Below, in pieces: positions 1 to 10,515 of a DNA stretch of 64,000 bases (the stretch's first letter is position 1; every line of letters starts with the position of its first letter). This DNA is from an uncultured delta proteobacterium (lineage in GTDB: Bacteria; Desulfobacterota; Binatia; UBA9968). The notes beneath the pieces are model-generated. The model had not been told where the DNA came from. It was given only the letters and a program-made list of their open reading frames with translations, and made no database searches. A program made the translations under genes and the position numbers. Where the stretch lies: NCBI GenBank assembly GCA_963727625.1, contig CAVSHR010000006.1:192001-256000 (forward strand). Direction: 5' to 3'.

Positions 1-1739
1 AATTCGTTGCAATCGCAGATGATCGGCACGCCGTTCTGATCGCCGGTAATAACGTACATCGCGGGCGCAGCATCGAAGAGCGCCCGGTAATGGATCTCGG
101 CCTGTTGCATCTGGGCCAAGGCCTGATCGCGCATCTTCAAATAAACGATAAGCGCCGCGGTGATCAAAACGCCGATCAACAGGATCCCGACCACGTCCCA
201 AATCCTGCTGAAGCCGTTTTGCCCCGCGCCCGGCCGCACCAAAAAGAGTAACTGATGACCGCCGAGCTCGACCTGCGCGGTTTGGTGTACTCCGCCCTGA
301 AGTTCGGCTAACTTATGGGCGCCGGCGGCTGCCGCTTCTTCGCTCGAGGCGACCGACGAACCGGAAAAACCGACGAACAATGGGTCTTCTTCATCGCTGA
401 CGTCAAACAAGTAGATTTCGCGCTGGCGCGAGTTTTCGGCGATGTTGGGGGGGTTAACTAATTCGGCGATTGGAATTTCCACGCGGACAAAACCGAGCAA
501 ACTTTCTCTCTGTGTCTGTACCGAGCCGTCATTGTCGACTTGATTCAAATAGACTGGCTTATAGAGGAAGGCGCGCCCATCTTGGATATTCTTCGCCGGC
601 CAAGAACTGGCGAGCGCCAGAGTGATTCGACCGCTGTCGCGCGCCCTATTGAGCACCGGTAAAATATTGGGATTGGCCGCGATGTCGAGTCCTAACTCGG
701 ATTGATCACGCCGACTCGGCTCGGAGTAGAGAATCGGAAAATACTCGGCGCGATTGCCGGCCGGGATTTTTTCGCCGAGCGCCGACCATTCGAAAATAGC
801 ATAGCCGGGAACTCCGTCCTGCCGCGCTCCGGTCTCAAATTCCTGCCGATCGGCGAGCGAAAGGCGAGGCATCCATTGGATCAAACGAGGCGTCTGATCG
901 TTTTCAGCGAGCCGAATAATAAATTTGCGGAAATCGTCGCGGCGTACTTTTTGCGCCGCGAGTAATAAACCTTCGACCGCCTGCACTCGTTCCACCGCGC
1001 GTTCACTGCTTCGTTGAAATTGACGCGCGATCTCGTGGGTGTCCTGGAGTAACCTTTGATTCGCCGCGAAGTTTTGGTTCTGCCAAACGACGTACGAAAC
1101 GACTAACGAAAGACCTAACCAAACCGTGGTGATCGGGAAGACAGTCGGTTCCAGAACATTTTTCTGCCGCCATGCCAGTATGATCATCATCAGCAGCGGC
1201 GTCAGGATCAAAATCCCGGCGTAATCACCTACCCACCAAGTCAGCCAAAGGGACGTCATGCTCTTCCAAGGTATCGACTCCGTGAGTCGCAAACTTGTTA
1301 CGGCGATGCTCGGTGATATCAGGGAGCTGAATCCGGTCAGACTGATGAAGTATAGAATGTCGCGCCCGGTGCTGGGCGATCGCCGATAACCACGGGATTG
1401 CGACCAGACACAAAGATCCGGGATGAATTGATGTACAAGGAACGTCCCCACCAGCATCGCGAGAGCGTCTCCGGTAGCCAACGCTGGCGCGCCGATATTC
1501 GCGGCCGGCCCGTAAAGCGATTGAAAGTTGACAAGCAACGCCCCCAACCAGGCGCCGATGACTCCCCGGTAACCGACAACCAACCCTGCGGCCAAGGCGA
1601 TAGCCGCCGGTGGCCACAAAGGCGACGCGCTCGCTTGGGCGATGGAAAAATGCGGCGTGATCTGCGCGCTCAACGCGTAGAGGCCGGCGACTGCAAAGCA
1701 CTCGATGGCGCGTTTAATCAAAAGTTTAAGTGAGACCAT
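1..1739 (-). CDS. Membrane sensor protein, MASE1-CHASE-PAS (probable histidine kinase), 3' end runs off the window
   Basis: Not in the ORF track. Manual translation from ATG 1739 gives MVSLKLLIKR..SPLWPPAAIALA..WLTWWVGDYAGILILTPLL (MASE1 motifs), then ..EYFPILYSEP..LGLDIAANP..ARDSG (CHASE-like), then YRALFDAAPAMYVI (PAS start). Confidence 0.8.
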   Translation of the reverse strand, partial: MVSLKLLIKRAIECFAVAGLYALSAQITPHFSIAQASASPLWPPAAIALAAGLVVGYRGVIGAWLGALLVNFQSLYGPAANIGAPALATGDALAMLVGTFLVHQFIPDLCVWSQSRGYRRSPSTGRDILYFISLTGFSSLISPSIAVTSLRLTESIPWKSMTSLWLTWWVGDYAGILILTPLLMMIILAWRQKNVLEPTVFPITTVWLGLSLVVSYVVWQNQNFAANQRLLQDTHEIARQFQRSSERAVERVQAVEGLLLAAQKVRRDDFRKFIIRLAENDQTPRLIQWMPRLSLADRQEFETGARQDGVPGYAIFEWSALGEKIPAGNRAEYFPILYSEPSRRDQSELGLDIAANPNILPVLNRARDSGRITLALASSWPAKNIQDGRAFLYKPVYLNQVDNDGSVQTQRESLLGFVRVEIPIAELVNPPNIAENSRQREIYLFDVSDEEDPLFVGFSGSSVASSEEAAAAGAHKLAELQGGVHQTAQVELGGHQLLFLVRPGAGQNGFSRIWDVVGILLIGVLITAALIVYLKMRDQALAQMQQAEIHYRALFDAAPAMYVITGDQNGVPIICDCNE

Positions 1740-2110
1740 TCGCAATCGGTCGAAATTTTACCAAGCCGTCAAAATTTTTTCTGACCTTGATCCCTTTCAG
1801 CTCCTTTCTCCGACAAGCGATTTTCCCTCGGGCGCGCGCCAACCTCATCGTGTACCGGAGTTAAGCGCAGACCCTTCGCGCGTGGTAACGATAAATCACC
1901 ACGCTGCCTGCATATTGATTTTCAACCGTCGTCCCAAGCATAAGAGATAGGGGTTACGACATCACTCACCCACAGTTCGGATTGACGGTTTAAAACTCTT
2001 GACTCCTTGGGGCCATCGGGTGTTAGGAGATATTTTAGTTGATCGCCAAAACCACACAACGTGATTAATCATGACAACTATGCGAAATTTCGGCACTTTT
2101 GAGGCAAAAT

Positions 2111-3055
2111 ATGGTGGAACTAATAAATCTTAACGCCGGCTTCGCCACCATCGGCCAAGGCGCCGGTCCGATGATGGTGACCTGGAAAGCTGGATTGTTT
2201 GAGAAACACGGCCTGGCCATCGACCGGCCGCGCATCATGGGCGGCGCCAAAGGCGTTGTCCGCGGATTGATGTCGGGCAAGATTCACTTCGGCAACATGG
2301 CCGCGCCGGCACCACTGCGAGCGAATCTCAAGGGTGAAGCGGATCTGGTTTTTTTGACCGGCGGCATCAACCAGCAATTCATCATGGGCCGGCCCGGCAT
2401 CAACAGCCGCGAGGAATTGGCGGGCAAAAAGATCGGCCTCGTCGGCGATGGCGGGCTTAACGACGCGCTGGTGAAATTCGCCATTGAAAAGTTGCGCGCC
2501 GCGGGCATCGAAGGATTGCGCCCGGAAGCGGTCGAAGCTGGCGGCGCCAAAGAGCTTAAAGCTCTATTGCACGGCAGATGCGACGCGATCGTCAGCACGC
2601 CGCCGGAGTGCATCGAGGCGCATCGAAAGGGCGGCAAATATTTGATCGATTTTGCCGAGTTCGGCCTTAACTATGCTCTCGGCGGCATCGCGGCGCGGCG
2701 CGACTACGTTGAAAAGAATCCCGAAATCACGCGGAAGTTCATCAGGGCCTACGTCGAGGGCATGCATCGCTATCGCACCGACCGCGAGTTTACCGTCGGT
2801 GTTCAGGCCGAATACAGCGGCATCGACGACCGAACCATCGCCGAGGAAACCTACGACCTCACCCAGCCCGGCATGCCGCCTGTGCCCTATCCCGTGGTTG
2901 CCTCGCTGCAAACCCTGCTCGATTTTATGGCCGCGGAGCTTCCCGAGGCGCAAAACGCCGACGCAAAAACATTTGTCGATGACCGTTTTATCCGCGAGCT
3001 TGAGGCGAACGGATTTATTGCCTCGCTGTCGGAAAAGGGAAGATCGGAAGCATGA
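2111..3055 (+). CDS. NitT/TauT (NMT1/SsuA-like) substrate-binding protein
   Basis: GLFEKHGL, LAGKKIG and NPEITRKFIRAYVEG motifs; no obvious signal peptide. Confidence 0.8.
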   Translation: MVELINLNAGFATIGQGAGPMMVTWKAGLFEKHGLAIDRPRIMGGAKGVVRGLMSGKIHFGNMAAPAPLRANLKGEADLVFLTGGINQQFIMGRPGINSREELAGKKIGLVGDGGLNDALVKFAIEKLRAAGIEGLRPEAVEAGGAKELKALLHGRCDAIVSTPPECIEAHRKGGKYLIDFAEFGLNYALGGIAARRDYVEKNPEITRKFIRAYVEGMHRYRTDREFTVGVQAEYSGIDDRTIAEETYDLTQPGMPPVPYPVVASLQTLLDFMAAELPEAQNADAKTFVDDRFIRELEANGFIASLSEKGRSEA

Positions 3056-4071
3056 AGATCATGGCAAACCGCGGAGCGCTATGCGGCTGGGTGTCGCTGG
3101 CAGCGATCCTGGTCTTTTTCACTGCCGCCTCAGCCGCTACCAACGAGTCGCTCATCGAGGGCGCTAAACGGGAAGGCGAGTTGGTTTATTACGCATCGAT
3201 GAATTTGACCGAAGCCAACGGGGTGATCGGCGCCTTCGAAAAACGCTACCCCTTCGTCAAGGTGAAACTGCACCGCACCGGCAGCGAAAAGCTATTGACG
3301 CGAGTCTTGACCGAAGCGCGCGCCAAGAAAAACCTCGCCGACGTGATTCAGACCGTCGAGTTCAGCATGCATATATTCAATCGCAGCGGCATCCTGGCGC
3401 GCTACCTGCCGCAGGCCAACACGCTCTATCCTAAGGAGTTTAAGGAAGAAGGATTCTGGACGACGGTTTACTACAACGCTTACGTGACCGCATACAACAC
3501 CGGGCTCGTGCCGCCTCGCTCCCTGCCCAAAACCTACGACGATCTGCTGGATCCCAAGTGGAAAATCCAGTTGATGATGGAGGGGACCAAGGCCGATTGG
3601 TTCGCCGGCATGTTGCAGATCATGGGTCAGGAGCGCGGGCTCAATTACATGCGCGCGCTGGCCAAGCAACAGCCGAGCCCGCGCGAAGGCCATGAGCTCT
3701 TGGCGCAGTTGGTCGCCGCCGGCGAGGGGCTTTTCGATATCAATATTCCGGCGGCTTCGGTGGAGCGCATGAAAGAGCGCGGCGCGCCCATCGATTGGAC
3801 AGCGCTCGGACCGGTGCCGGCGATCATGGTCGGCATCGGCTTATCCGGTCAGGCGGCGCACCCCAATGCGGCGAAATTATTCTTGGAATTTGTCCTATCG
3901 CGCGACGGGCAGAAGCTCATGCAGACTCCCGGCAGGCTGGTCGCGCGTAGTGATCTCGACAACGAGCAAGCGGCCATGTTGAAACAGCTTAAGGTTGTCC
4001 CGGTCAATCCGGCGCTGGCCGAAAAGCTCAAAGAATATGCCAGGCGACTGAGGTCGATCTTTGGGAGCTGA
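3052..4071 (+). CDS. ABC substrate-binding protein, Fe3+/thiamine/polyamine class
   Basis: Signal peptide, GAKREGELVYY, PKTYDDLLDPKWK, HPNAAKLFLEFVLS; ATGA overlap with upstream gene. Confidence 0.85.
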   Translation: MKIMANRGALCGWVSLAAILVFFTAASAATNESLIEGAKREGELVYYASMNLTEANGVIGAFEKRYPFVKVKLHRTGSEKLLTRVLTEARAKKNLADVIQTVEFSMHIFNRSGILARYLPQANTLYPKEFKEEGFWTTVYYNAYVTAYNTGLVPPRSLPKTYDDLLDPKWKIQLMMEGTKADWFAGMLQIMGQERGLNYMRALAKQQPSPREGHELLAQLVAAGEGLFDINIPAASVERMKERGAPIDWTALGPVPAIMVGIGLSGQAAHPNAAKLFLEFVLSRDGQKLMQTPGRLVARSDLDNEQAAMLKQLKVVPVNPALAEKLKEYARRLRSIFGS

Positions 4072-4119
4072 GTCAATGATCAAACGCGAGACCGAGATGC
4101 CGGACAAAAGGAGACCATC

Positions 4120-4893
4120 ATGCGATTCATGTTTTTAAATCATTCGTACAAACGCCATTCCTCAGAGCTCGAAGCTCATATTCTTAAGTTGCTCAAGAGC
4201 TACTCCTCACCGGACACGACTTTTGAGCTCGCCTATCCCGAAGACCTCGGCGGCGGCGAAGTTTTAAGCTTGCTCGAAGAACGCAAGGCGCTTTCCGGAT
4301 TGCATCATATTCTGGAAACCCCGGCGCTGGTCAAAAAAGCCATCGAAGCGGAGCATCGAGGATTCGACGCGGTGATCCAGAGCAACACCTTCGATCCCGG
4401 CGTTGAGGCGAGCCGCTTGGCCGTGCGCATTCCGGTGATCGGCCTGCTGCGCGCGTCGCTCCATTTTACCGCGAGCATCTGTGACAAATTCGCTCTGATT
4501 GTGCCGCTCGAAACTCACATGCCCCACACCATGCGCATGGTGCAGACCTATGGCATGGCGAATTTTGTCTGCGGTATTCGCACCGTCGGCCTCTACGATA
4601 CCGGCGACTTGTCCGGCTACCACGACGCCGTCATCGAGCGCACGCTCGCCGTCGGCAAAGAATTGGTGCAGCAGGGCGCTCAGGCGATCATTCCGCTCGG
4701 CGGCAAGATTTATCCGTACGTCGTCACGCCTGAAGAGTTGGAACCCCATCTCGGTGTGCCCGTAATCAACACCAAAGCCGTCGGCGTGAGCTACGCCGAG
4801 CTGATGGCGCGCAACAAGATCAGCCACAGTATCAAGGCCTATCCTTGTCCCACCGGGCTCAATCCCGAGGCGGTTTCCCAGCGTTCAAAGTAG
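4120..4893 (+). CDS. Asp/Glu/hydantoin racemase family protein
   Basis: AEHRGFDAVI..FDPGVEASR..VRIPVIG and LGVPVIN; RBS AAGGAG upstream. Confidence 0.75.
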   Translation: MRFMFLNHSYKRHSSELEAHILKLLKSYSSPDTTFELAYPEDLGGGEVLSLLEERKALSGLHHILETPALVKKAIEAEHRGFDAVIQSNTFDPGVEASRLAVRIPVIGLLRASLHFTASICDKFALIVPLETHMPHTMRMVQTYGMANFVCGIRTVGLYDTGDLSGYHDAVIERTLAVGKELVQQGAQAIIPLGGKIYPYVVTPEELEPHLGVPVINTKAVGVSYAELMARNKISHSIKAYPCPTGLNPEAVSQRSK

Positions 4894-5006
4894 TCGCCGA
4901 CGAATTGGCGAATTTGCAACGGGCTAAAAAACCGGTGAATGTACGAGCGTATGGCAGACGTCCCTGATTTGTCATCACAGAATAATTTTCCCGCGAGGCA
5001 GCAGTC

Positions 5007-6101
5007 ATGATCATCGACGGTGACGGACACTTTTTTGAGACCGAGGAGATATTTGAAAAGCACATGGAGCCGAATCTGCGAAACTTTCGGCCGCGGCTCT
5101 TGACCGACGAAGAGGGTCACAACTTCTGGATCGTCGACGGTCAAACCTCGTACAAAAGGCCGACGATCAAGGGTGCAGGCGCGCCGGGGACAGCCGCCCC
5201 ACCAGGCAAAGCGCTCCAATCGGCTCGGCGCGCATCACCGGGCAGCCAGACACTGACCAATCTCAAAGAACGGCTGGAGGATCTCGATCGCGAGATGATC
5301 GACGTTCAGTTTATCTACCCGAGCTTTCTCTTGCACGTCAATTCATGGCCCGACGGCATCTTGGCCATGGGTGTCTGCCGCGCTTACAACACCTGGCTCG
5401 CCGAGGCTTGCAACCAGGCCGCCGACCGCCTCAAGGCCGTCGGTGTAGTCTCGTTGCAAGACGCGCAAGGCGCGGCCAAGGAACTCTCCCGGCTGCGCGA
5501 TATGGGCGTGATGGCGGTGATGATTAACGGCACCACGGGGGCGAAACGGCTGGATCATCCGGACCACGAGGTGTTTTTCGCCGAGGCGGATCGATTAAAG
5601 ATGCCCGTCGCCGTCCACTTCAGCTTGCAATTCCCGGTCGTCGACAAACTCTTCGAGCACCATTTTCCCAACCGGGTGTTGGCCGGCATCCTGCCGATCA
5701 TGGCCGGGCTTACCAGCGTGCTTTGTTCAGGCCTGCTCGATCGCTATAAAAATCTTAAATTTGCCTTTCTCGAAGGCGGCATCAGCTGGGTGCCGGCCCA
5801 TGTCGAGCGCATGGACGACCACTTTGAAAATCCGCGCTATGGGGCGAAAGATCTGATCAGTCATCCGCCCAGCGATTACCTCAAGACGGGGCGGATTTTC
5901 TTTGGTTGCGAAGGCAACGAACCGTTTCTCGGCCGCGTCCTCGAAGAAGTTGGCGAAGATTTATTCATGTTTTCTTCGGACTATCCCCACGCCGACCGAA
6001 CAGAAGGGACCGCCCGGACCCTCCGCGATCGCAACGATATCCCGGCCCCCATCCGCAAAAAGCTCTTGGAGGAAAATGCCCGGCATTTTTATGGTCTGTG
6101 A
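5007..6101 (+). CDS. Amidohydrolase family protein (amidohydro_2)
   Basis: IIDGDGH, AYNTWLAE, PVAVH, FLEGGISW, FSSDYPH. Confidence 0.85.
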   Translation: MIIDGDGHFFETEEIFEKHMEPNLRNFRPRLLTDEEGHNFWIVDGQTSYKRPTIKGAGAPGTAAPPGKALQSARRASPGSQTLTNLKERLEDLDREMIDVQFIYPSFLLHVNSWPDGILAMGVCRAYNTWLAEACNQAADRLKAVGVVSLQDAQGAAKELSRLRDMGVMAVMINGTTGAKRLDHPDHEVFFAEADRLKMPVAVHFSLQFPVVDKLFEHHFPNRVLAGILPIMAGLTSVLCSGLLDRYKNLKFAFLEGGISWVPAHVERMDDHFENPRYGAKDLISHPPSDYLKTGRIFFGCEGNEPFLGRVLEEVGEDLFMFSSDYPHADRTEGTARTLRDRNDIPAPIRKKLLEENARHFYGL

Positions 6102-6210
6102 TCACTCGTGACCCATTGACGGTATAGTTGGCCTTGTGTTTCAGCATTTTCCATGTTGATTTGAATTGACGCGGGGAAACCGCGTCTAACTGTTGAAAGG
6201 AGGTGATACT

Positions 6211-6492
6211 ATGAAAAACGCAATCAGAATTTTCGTTGTTGCATTGACCACTCTGGTATTTAGCGGCGTGAGCTTCGCTCAGGCGACGCCGGCTACCCCC
6301 GCGACACCGGCCGCGCCGGCGATGGAAAAGAAGGCGGAGAAAGCCGCAGACGCCACTAAGGGCAAGGCGAAGGCCAAAGGCAAATCCAAGGCGAAGAAAT
6401 CTACCAAGAAAGCCGCCGAGAAAATGTCTAACACGGCCAAAGAGAAAATGTCGGACAAGGCCGGCGATGTGATGGAAAAGAAAGGCAAATAG
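6211..6492 (+). CDS. Small secreted Ala/Lys-rich protein
   Basis: Perfect SD AAAGGAGGTG, signal peptide ending SFA-Q, (ATP)3 repeat, basic low-complexity tail. Confidence 0.8.
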   Translation: MKNAIRIFVVALTTLVFSGVSFAQATPATPATPAAPAMEKKAEKAADATKGKAKAKGKSKAKKSTKKAAEKMSNTAKEKMSDKAGDVMEKKGK

Positions 6493-6513
6493 TCCCGACC
6501 CAGCCTCGCTTTT

Positions 6514-6552
6514 ATTCAGGGTAACCGAAGCTCTCGGTTACCCTGAATTTTT
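6514..6552 (+). terminator. Rho-independent terminator
   Basis: 15-bp perfect stem ATTCAGGGTAACCGA/TCGGTTACCCTGAAT, 5-nt loop, T-tract. Confidence 0.85.
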
Positions 6553-6693
6553 AATGCAGCGGAAGCCTTACCGACGCCAACAGGTCGACTGCGCAATTCA
6601 GGCCCGTTGGTTGATTTCACCTACCCACTTGATTAAACTTTTGTTAGCTGCCGCCCGGGGTGAGTCTTGGGTTTTTGCGAAGGAGGTGTGGCG

Positions 6694-6876
6694 ATGGACC
6701 TGCCGAAATGCCAGAAATGTAATGACGGGCTGTTGATCCCGCTATCAGATTACGGCCAAGATGGCGCATCGGTCATGTATAAAGCCTGGGCTTGTACCAA
6801 TCCCGACTGTGGTTTTTCGATCCGCATCGATAAAGGCGAGGTAACCTACGGCAAACGGATCGAACCGAAGCACTGA
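6694..6876 (+). CDS. Small Zn-ribbon-like protein (60 aa)
   Basis: SD AAGGAGGTG; CQKC and CTNPDC pairs. Confidence 0.75.
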   Translation: MDLPKCQKCNDGLLIPLSDYGQDGASVMYKAWACTNPDCGFSIRIDKGEVTYGKRIEPKH

Positions 6877-6947
6877 AATTTAACTTTGCTTATCCTGGGC
6901 TTGATTGCAGCCCCTCAGAAATCCATCACTCCAGTACTCCATATTTC

Positions 6948-7604
6948 CTACGCCGGCATGCTCCGGTTAAAACTCTGAATCGCCCGCCCGAATAGCTCGC
7001 AGCCCTGCTTTAACGCGGCCAGACATTTTTGCTGCGTCGCGCCATCCTTGGCGTAGCGCCGCAGTATTTCCGGCGCGATCCACTCATGCCCCTCTTCATC
7101 GGCGAGCAAAGTATCACGATAAATCGACGCGGTTTGCGGATCGATGGAAGCGACCCGCTCGATAAAGGATTTGGACGTGCGCGGGAAAAACTCCTCGTGG
7201 CCGAACTGCACGCTGGCGATCAATTCGCAGAGCGAGCCGAGGTTCGCATGAAAGTCCCAGAGCTGCTTGAGCTCGGGCAACGGGCTATTCCACAGCGCAT
7301 CCGGGTCGCCGTTAAGCTCGCTGATTCGCCTGCGCAAGATCGACGCATGCTTGAGCTCGTTGACGACGTACTCCGACATAGGCTGCTGCAGTTCGAGGTC
7401 GGGAATTTTTCCAACCCACGGCGCAGTAACCTCAGCGGCCTTGCGTTCCATGACCACGCCGAATTGCAGCCGGCGTAAAACCACCGCGCTCGCGAGCGGC
7501 TTCTCCGCGCCGTAGCTTTTACGTTCGGCGTTCATTTTCTCCCAGAACGCCTCCCGCGTCGTGATCAGTTGATCGAGAAACTCTTCCGATTTCAGAGCTT
7601 CCAT
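6948..7604 (-). CDS. Ferritin-like di-iron protein
   Basis: Two E..ExxH sets: ERKAAE..NELKH and HEE..DEEGH; RBS GGGAGG. Confidence 0.65.
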   Translation of the reverse strand: MEALKSEEFLDQLITTREAFWEKMNAERKSYGAEKPLASAVVLRRLQFGVVMERKAAEVTAPWVGKIPDLELQQPMSEYVVNELKHASILRRRISELNGDPDALWNSPLPELKQLWDFHANLGSLCELIASVQFGHEEFFPRTSKSFIERVASIDPQTASIYRDTLLADEEGHEWIAPEILRRYAKDGATQQKCLAALKQGCELFGRAIQSFNRSMPA

Positions 7605-7739
7605 GGATTCCTCCCGAAGATCGCCGCGCGACGATTGACACGCAGATTATTTAAGGTATTAACAATACAGGAAATTCACTCCGTGTAAAGCCTAGGTTTC
7701 CGGCCCTAATCGCGAGTGATTCAGGCACTCGAAGCCCCC

Positions 7740-8483
7740 ATGAAATCCGCCGATGCCAAAACATTCGTCGACAATCTTTATAAAGATGTCTACGCTCACT
7801 GGGATAAGAAAATCAATCACGGTGCCTTTATGACCCAACTGCGCGCCGGGACCCTGCCGCTGCCCTGCCTGCGCCGTTTTTTCAAGGACTGGAGCCTTTT
7901 TTCCATCGAAGTCGTGGCGCTCAACGCCGTGTCCTATTACGTCCACCTGCCGTTCTTCGTCGAGAATTACGATCTCTTACCGGCTTTTTCCGACAAGATC
8001 GCAGAAGAGCTTATCGCACCCAAGCCGCCGGGCCATATTCTAATCCTGCTCGAGACCGCCAACGCACTGGGGTTGTCGAAAGAAGAGATGTTCGAGCAGC
8101 CGGCCTCCGCTCCCGGCCGGGCGATCAGCGACTACTGCCGGCGGGTCTTTCAAGACGGCTCGATCATTGAGCTGTGGGGCGCCCACGCCTATGAAGAAAC
8201 CCTCGCCCACTGGTCGCAGCAATGGGGCAGGTCTCTTGTTGACCATTACGGTCTGAGCAAACGCCAGGCTATTTACTTTACCGCCCATGCCGAAGCCGAC
8301 CTGGTGCAGCATGAAGAGCGCATGGGCCATGGGCCGATGAACCGCATGATCCTCCAGCGCATCGTCGAACAGGGAAAGACCGCTCAAAAACTCGGCTACG
8401 ATCCCAAGTACTGCGCCTTCACCATGGTCGATCTGCACGCCCTCATGGAACAGCACGCCCTGGAAAATCCTTATCCCGCGTAA
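7740..8483 (+). CDS. Heme-oxygenase-like di-iron protein (PqqC/TenA/CADD family)
   Basis: IAEEL..PPGH, AYEE, YFTAHAEADL..H motif. Confidence 0.7.
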   Translation: MKSADAKTFVDNLYKDVYAHWDKKINHGAFMTQLRAGTLPLPCLRRFFKDWSLFSIEVVALNAVSYYVHLPFFVENYDLLPAFSDKIAEELIAPKPPGHILILLETANALGLSKEEMFEQPASAPGRAISDYCRRVFQDGSIIELWGAHAYEETLAHWSQQWGRSLVDHYGLSKRQAIYFTAHAEADLVQHEERMGHGPMNRMILQRIVEQGKTAQKLGYDPKYCAFTMVDLHALMEQHALENPYPA

Positions 8484-8493
8484 GTGAATCGGC

Positions 8494-9513
8494 GTGCCTG
8501 ATTCATTCAACGCGGCTTCGTTGCACCGCTCAGAGTTCAAGACACAACTTTCTCAATTGCGAGATTGGGCCCTGCGCCTTGTTCGCCTCATCGCGGCCGT
8601 CACTTGCCTGGTGGTTTTTATTTGTTTACCCGAGGGCACGGCCGCGCCGTTGCCGGGAAGTTGGCAGGCTCGCGCCGCCATGCCCTCGGCGCGCACTGAA
8701 GTCGCCGCCGCAGAACTGGCAGGCAAAGTCTACATTATCGGCGGTTACGAAAAGGGCCGCGGTCTCGTCGAAGCCTACGATCCAAGCAAAGACACCTGGC
8801 AGCGCCGCGCTTCCCTGCCTAAACCTTTACACCATGTCGGTGCTACTGCGATAAATGGAAAGATTTACGTCATCGGCGGCTTCATGACCGGTGTCGGGAC
8901 GGTCGATACGGTTTACCAATATGATCCCGACCATGACCGCTGGAGCGTCAAGCAACCCATGCCCACCGCGCGAAGCGCGCTTGCCGTGAGCAGCATTGGC
9001 GGCAAGATCTACGCGGTGGGCGGGATCGGCGCCAATGGGAAGGATACCCGCGCCAACGAAGAGTATGATCCGGCACAAGATCGTTGGTCTAAAAGAGCCG
9101 GCCTGCCGACGCCGCGGGATCATTTGGCGATCGGCGTCGTCGCAGGCAAACTCTACGCGATCGGCGGGCGTCTCAACGGCCGCCACGACCGCAACCTAAC
9201 CGCTAATGAGGAATACGACCCGGTCGCGAATCTTTGGAAGACCCTACCGCCTATGCCCACGGTGCGCAGCGGCATCGGCGCCGCCGTGCTCGATGGCAAA
9301 GTGTTTATTTTCGGCGGCGAATCGACACGAGGAACGCACGATCAAGTCGAATCATACGACCCGCAGAAACGCCGCTGGCAGCGCTGGGCGCCGATGCCCA
9401 CCGCGCGCCACGGCTTCGGCGTAGCCGTTCTCGGCCGATCGATCTACGTCATCGCCGGCGGCCCGAAGCCGGGCGCGAGCTTTTCATCGGTGAACGAAGT
9501 CTTCACGCCGTAA
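8494..9513 (+). CDS. Kelch-repeat beta-propeller protein, probably exported
   Basis: Six repeats of GKxYxIGG..E/YDP..W..MPTxR; hydrophobic leader; start codon uncertain. Confidence 0.9.
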   Translation: MPDSFNAASLHRSEFKTQLSQLRDWALRLVRLIAAVTCLVVFICLPEGTAAPLPGSWQARAAMPSARTEVAAAELAGKVYIIGGYEKGRGLVEAYDPSKDTWQRRASLPKPLHHVGATAINGKIYVIGGFMTGVGTVDTVYQYDPDHDRWSVKQPMPTARSALAVSSIGGKIYAVGGIGANGKDTRANEEYDPAQDRWSKRAGLPTPRDHLAIGVVAGKLYAIGGRLNGRHDRNLTANEEYDPVANLWKTLPPMPTVRSGIGAAVLDGKVFIFGGESTRGTHDQVESYDPQKRRWQRWAPMPTARHGFGVAVLGRSIYVIAGGPKPGASFSSVNEVFTP

Positions 9514-10515
9514 TTAGCGTTCGTCGAGGAACGATAAAATTCTCCTCGGCAGCCATTCAAGGCTTCCTGGAATCTTGCCCGTAACAAATCCGACATGGCC
9601 GCCCCGTTCGGGAAACTCCAAAGATACCGCGGCTGAAACTTCGCCATGGTCTGGCAACGCGGACTCCGGTAAAAATGGATCGTTGCGCGCGTTGATGAGC
9701 AAAGTCGGCACCTTGATTTCCTTCAGCCAGGGTTTGCTGCTCGACCGCGTCCAGTAATCGTCGGCGTCTTTGAAACCGTGGATCGGCGCGGTGAACAGGT
9801 CGTCGAACTGGCGAAAGGTCGAACTGGAGCGAAGCGCGCAGGCATCGATCGGCAGCTCGTGGGCGGCAATTTTTGCTAGTGCCCTCTGCCGCAAATATTT
9901 GAGGAAATATCGGGTGTAAATGAACCTATGGAGACCGCGGTCGAGCTGGTCCGCCGCGGCGACGAGATCCAGCGGCGTCGACACGGCGACAGCGCGATCG
10001 ATAACCGGCAGCGCTGCCGCGCCTTGTTCGCCGAGCCATTTCAAGAGCATATTGCCGCCGAGCGACACGCCGACGACGTCAATCTCGCTTCGCGGATTTT
10101 CGCTCTTGAGCCGTCGCAGAATCCAATCGATTTCGCGCGAGTCGCCGGAATGATAGGTGCGCGCCAAACGGTTCGGCTCGCCGCTGCAGCCGCGAAAGTG
10201 CGGCACCACACCTCGCCAGCCTCGCTTGCGAACCTCAGCCAGCAAGCTCAGCGCGTAGTGGCTGCGCGAACAACCTTCCAGGCCGTGAAACAGGACTAAT
10301 AATTTTTCACCGTCCAGCGGCGTGCCATCGAGCCAATCGAGATCGATGAAATCGCCGTCGGGCGTCTCCCAGCGCTCGCGCTTGTACAGGACCGAATAAT
10401 TGCGCCTTAGCCAACGCGCGTAAATCGTTTGCAAGTGTCGGCCCGGCAACCACCACGGCGCGCGGTAGCTCGACTGCACAGTTACGCCGGCGGCAGCTGT
10501 CCATTCGCGATACAT
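9514..10515 (-). CDS. YheT-like alpha/beta hydrolase
   Basis: HLQTI, DGDFIDLDW, HGLEG, GVSLGGN, NARNDPF, GGHVGF; the ORF-track N-terminal extension overlapping putA is discarded. Confidence 0.85.
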   Translation of the reverse strand: MYREWTAAAGVTVQSSYRAPWWLPGRHLQTIYARWLRRNYSVLYKRERWETPDGDFIDLDWLDGTPLDGEKLLVLFHGLEGCSRSHYALSLLAEVRKRGWRGVVPHFRGCSGEPNRLARTYHSGDSREIDWILRRLKSENPRSEIDVVGVSLGGNMLLKWLGEQGAAALPVIDRAVAVSTPLDLVAAADQLDRGLHRFIYTRYFLKYLRQRALAKIAAHELPIDACALRSSSTFRQFDDLFTAPIHGFKDADDYWTRSSSKPWLKEIKVPTLLINARNDPFLPESALPDHGEVSAAVSLEFPERGGHVGFVTGKIPGSLEWLPRRILSFLDER

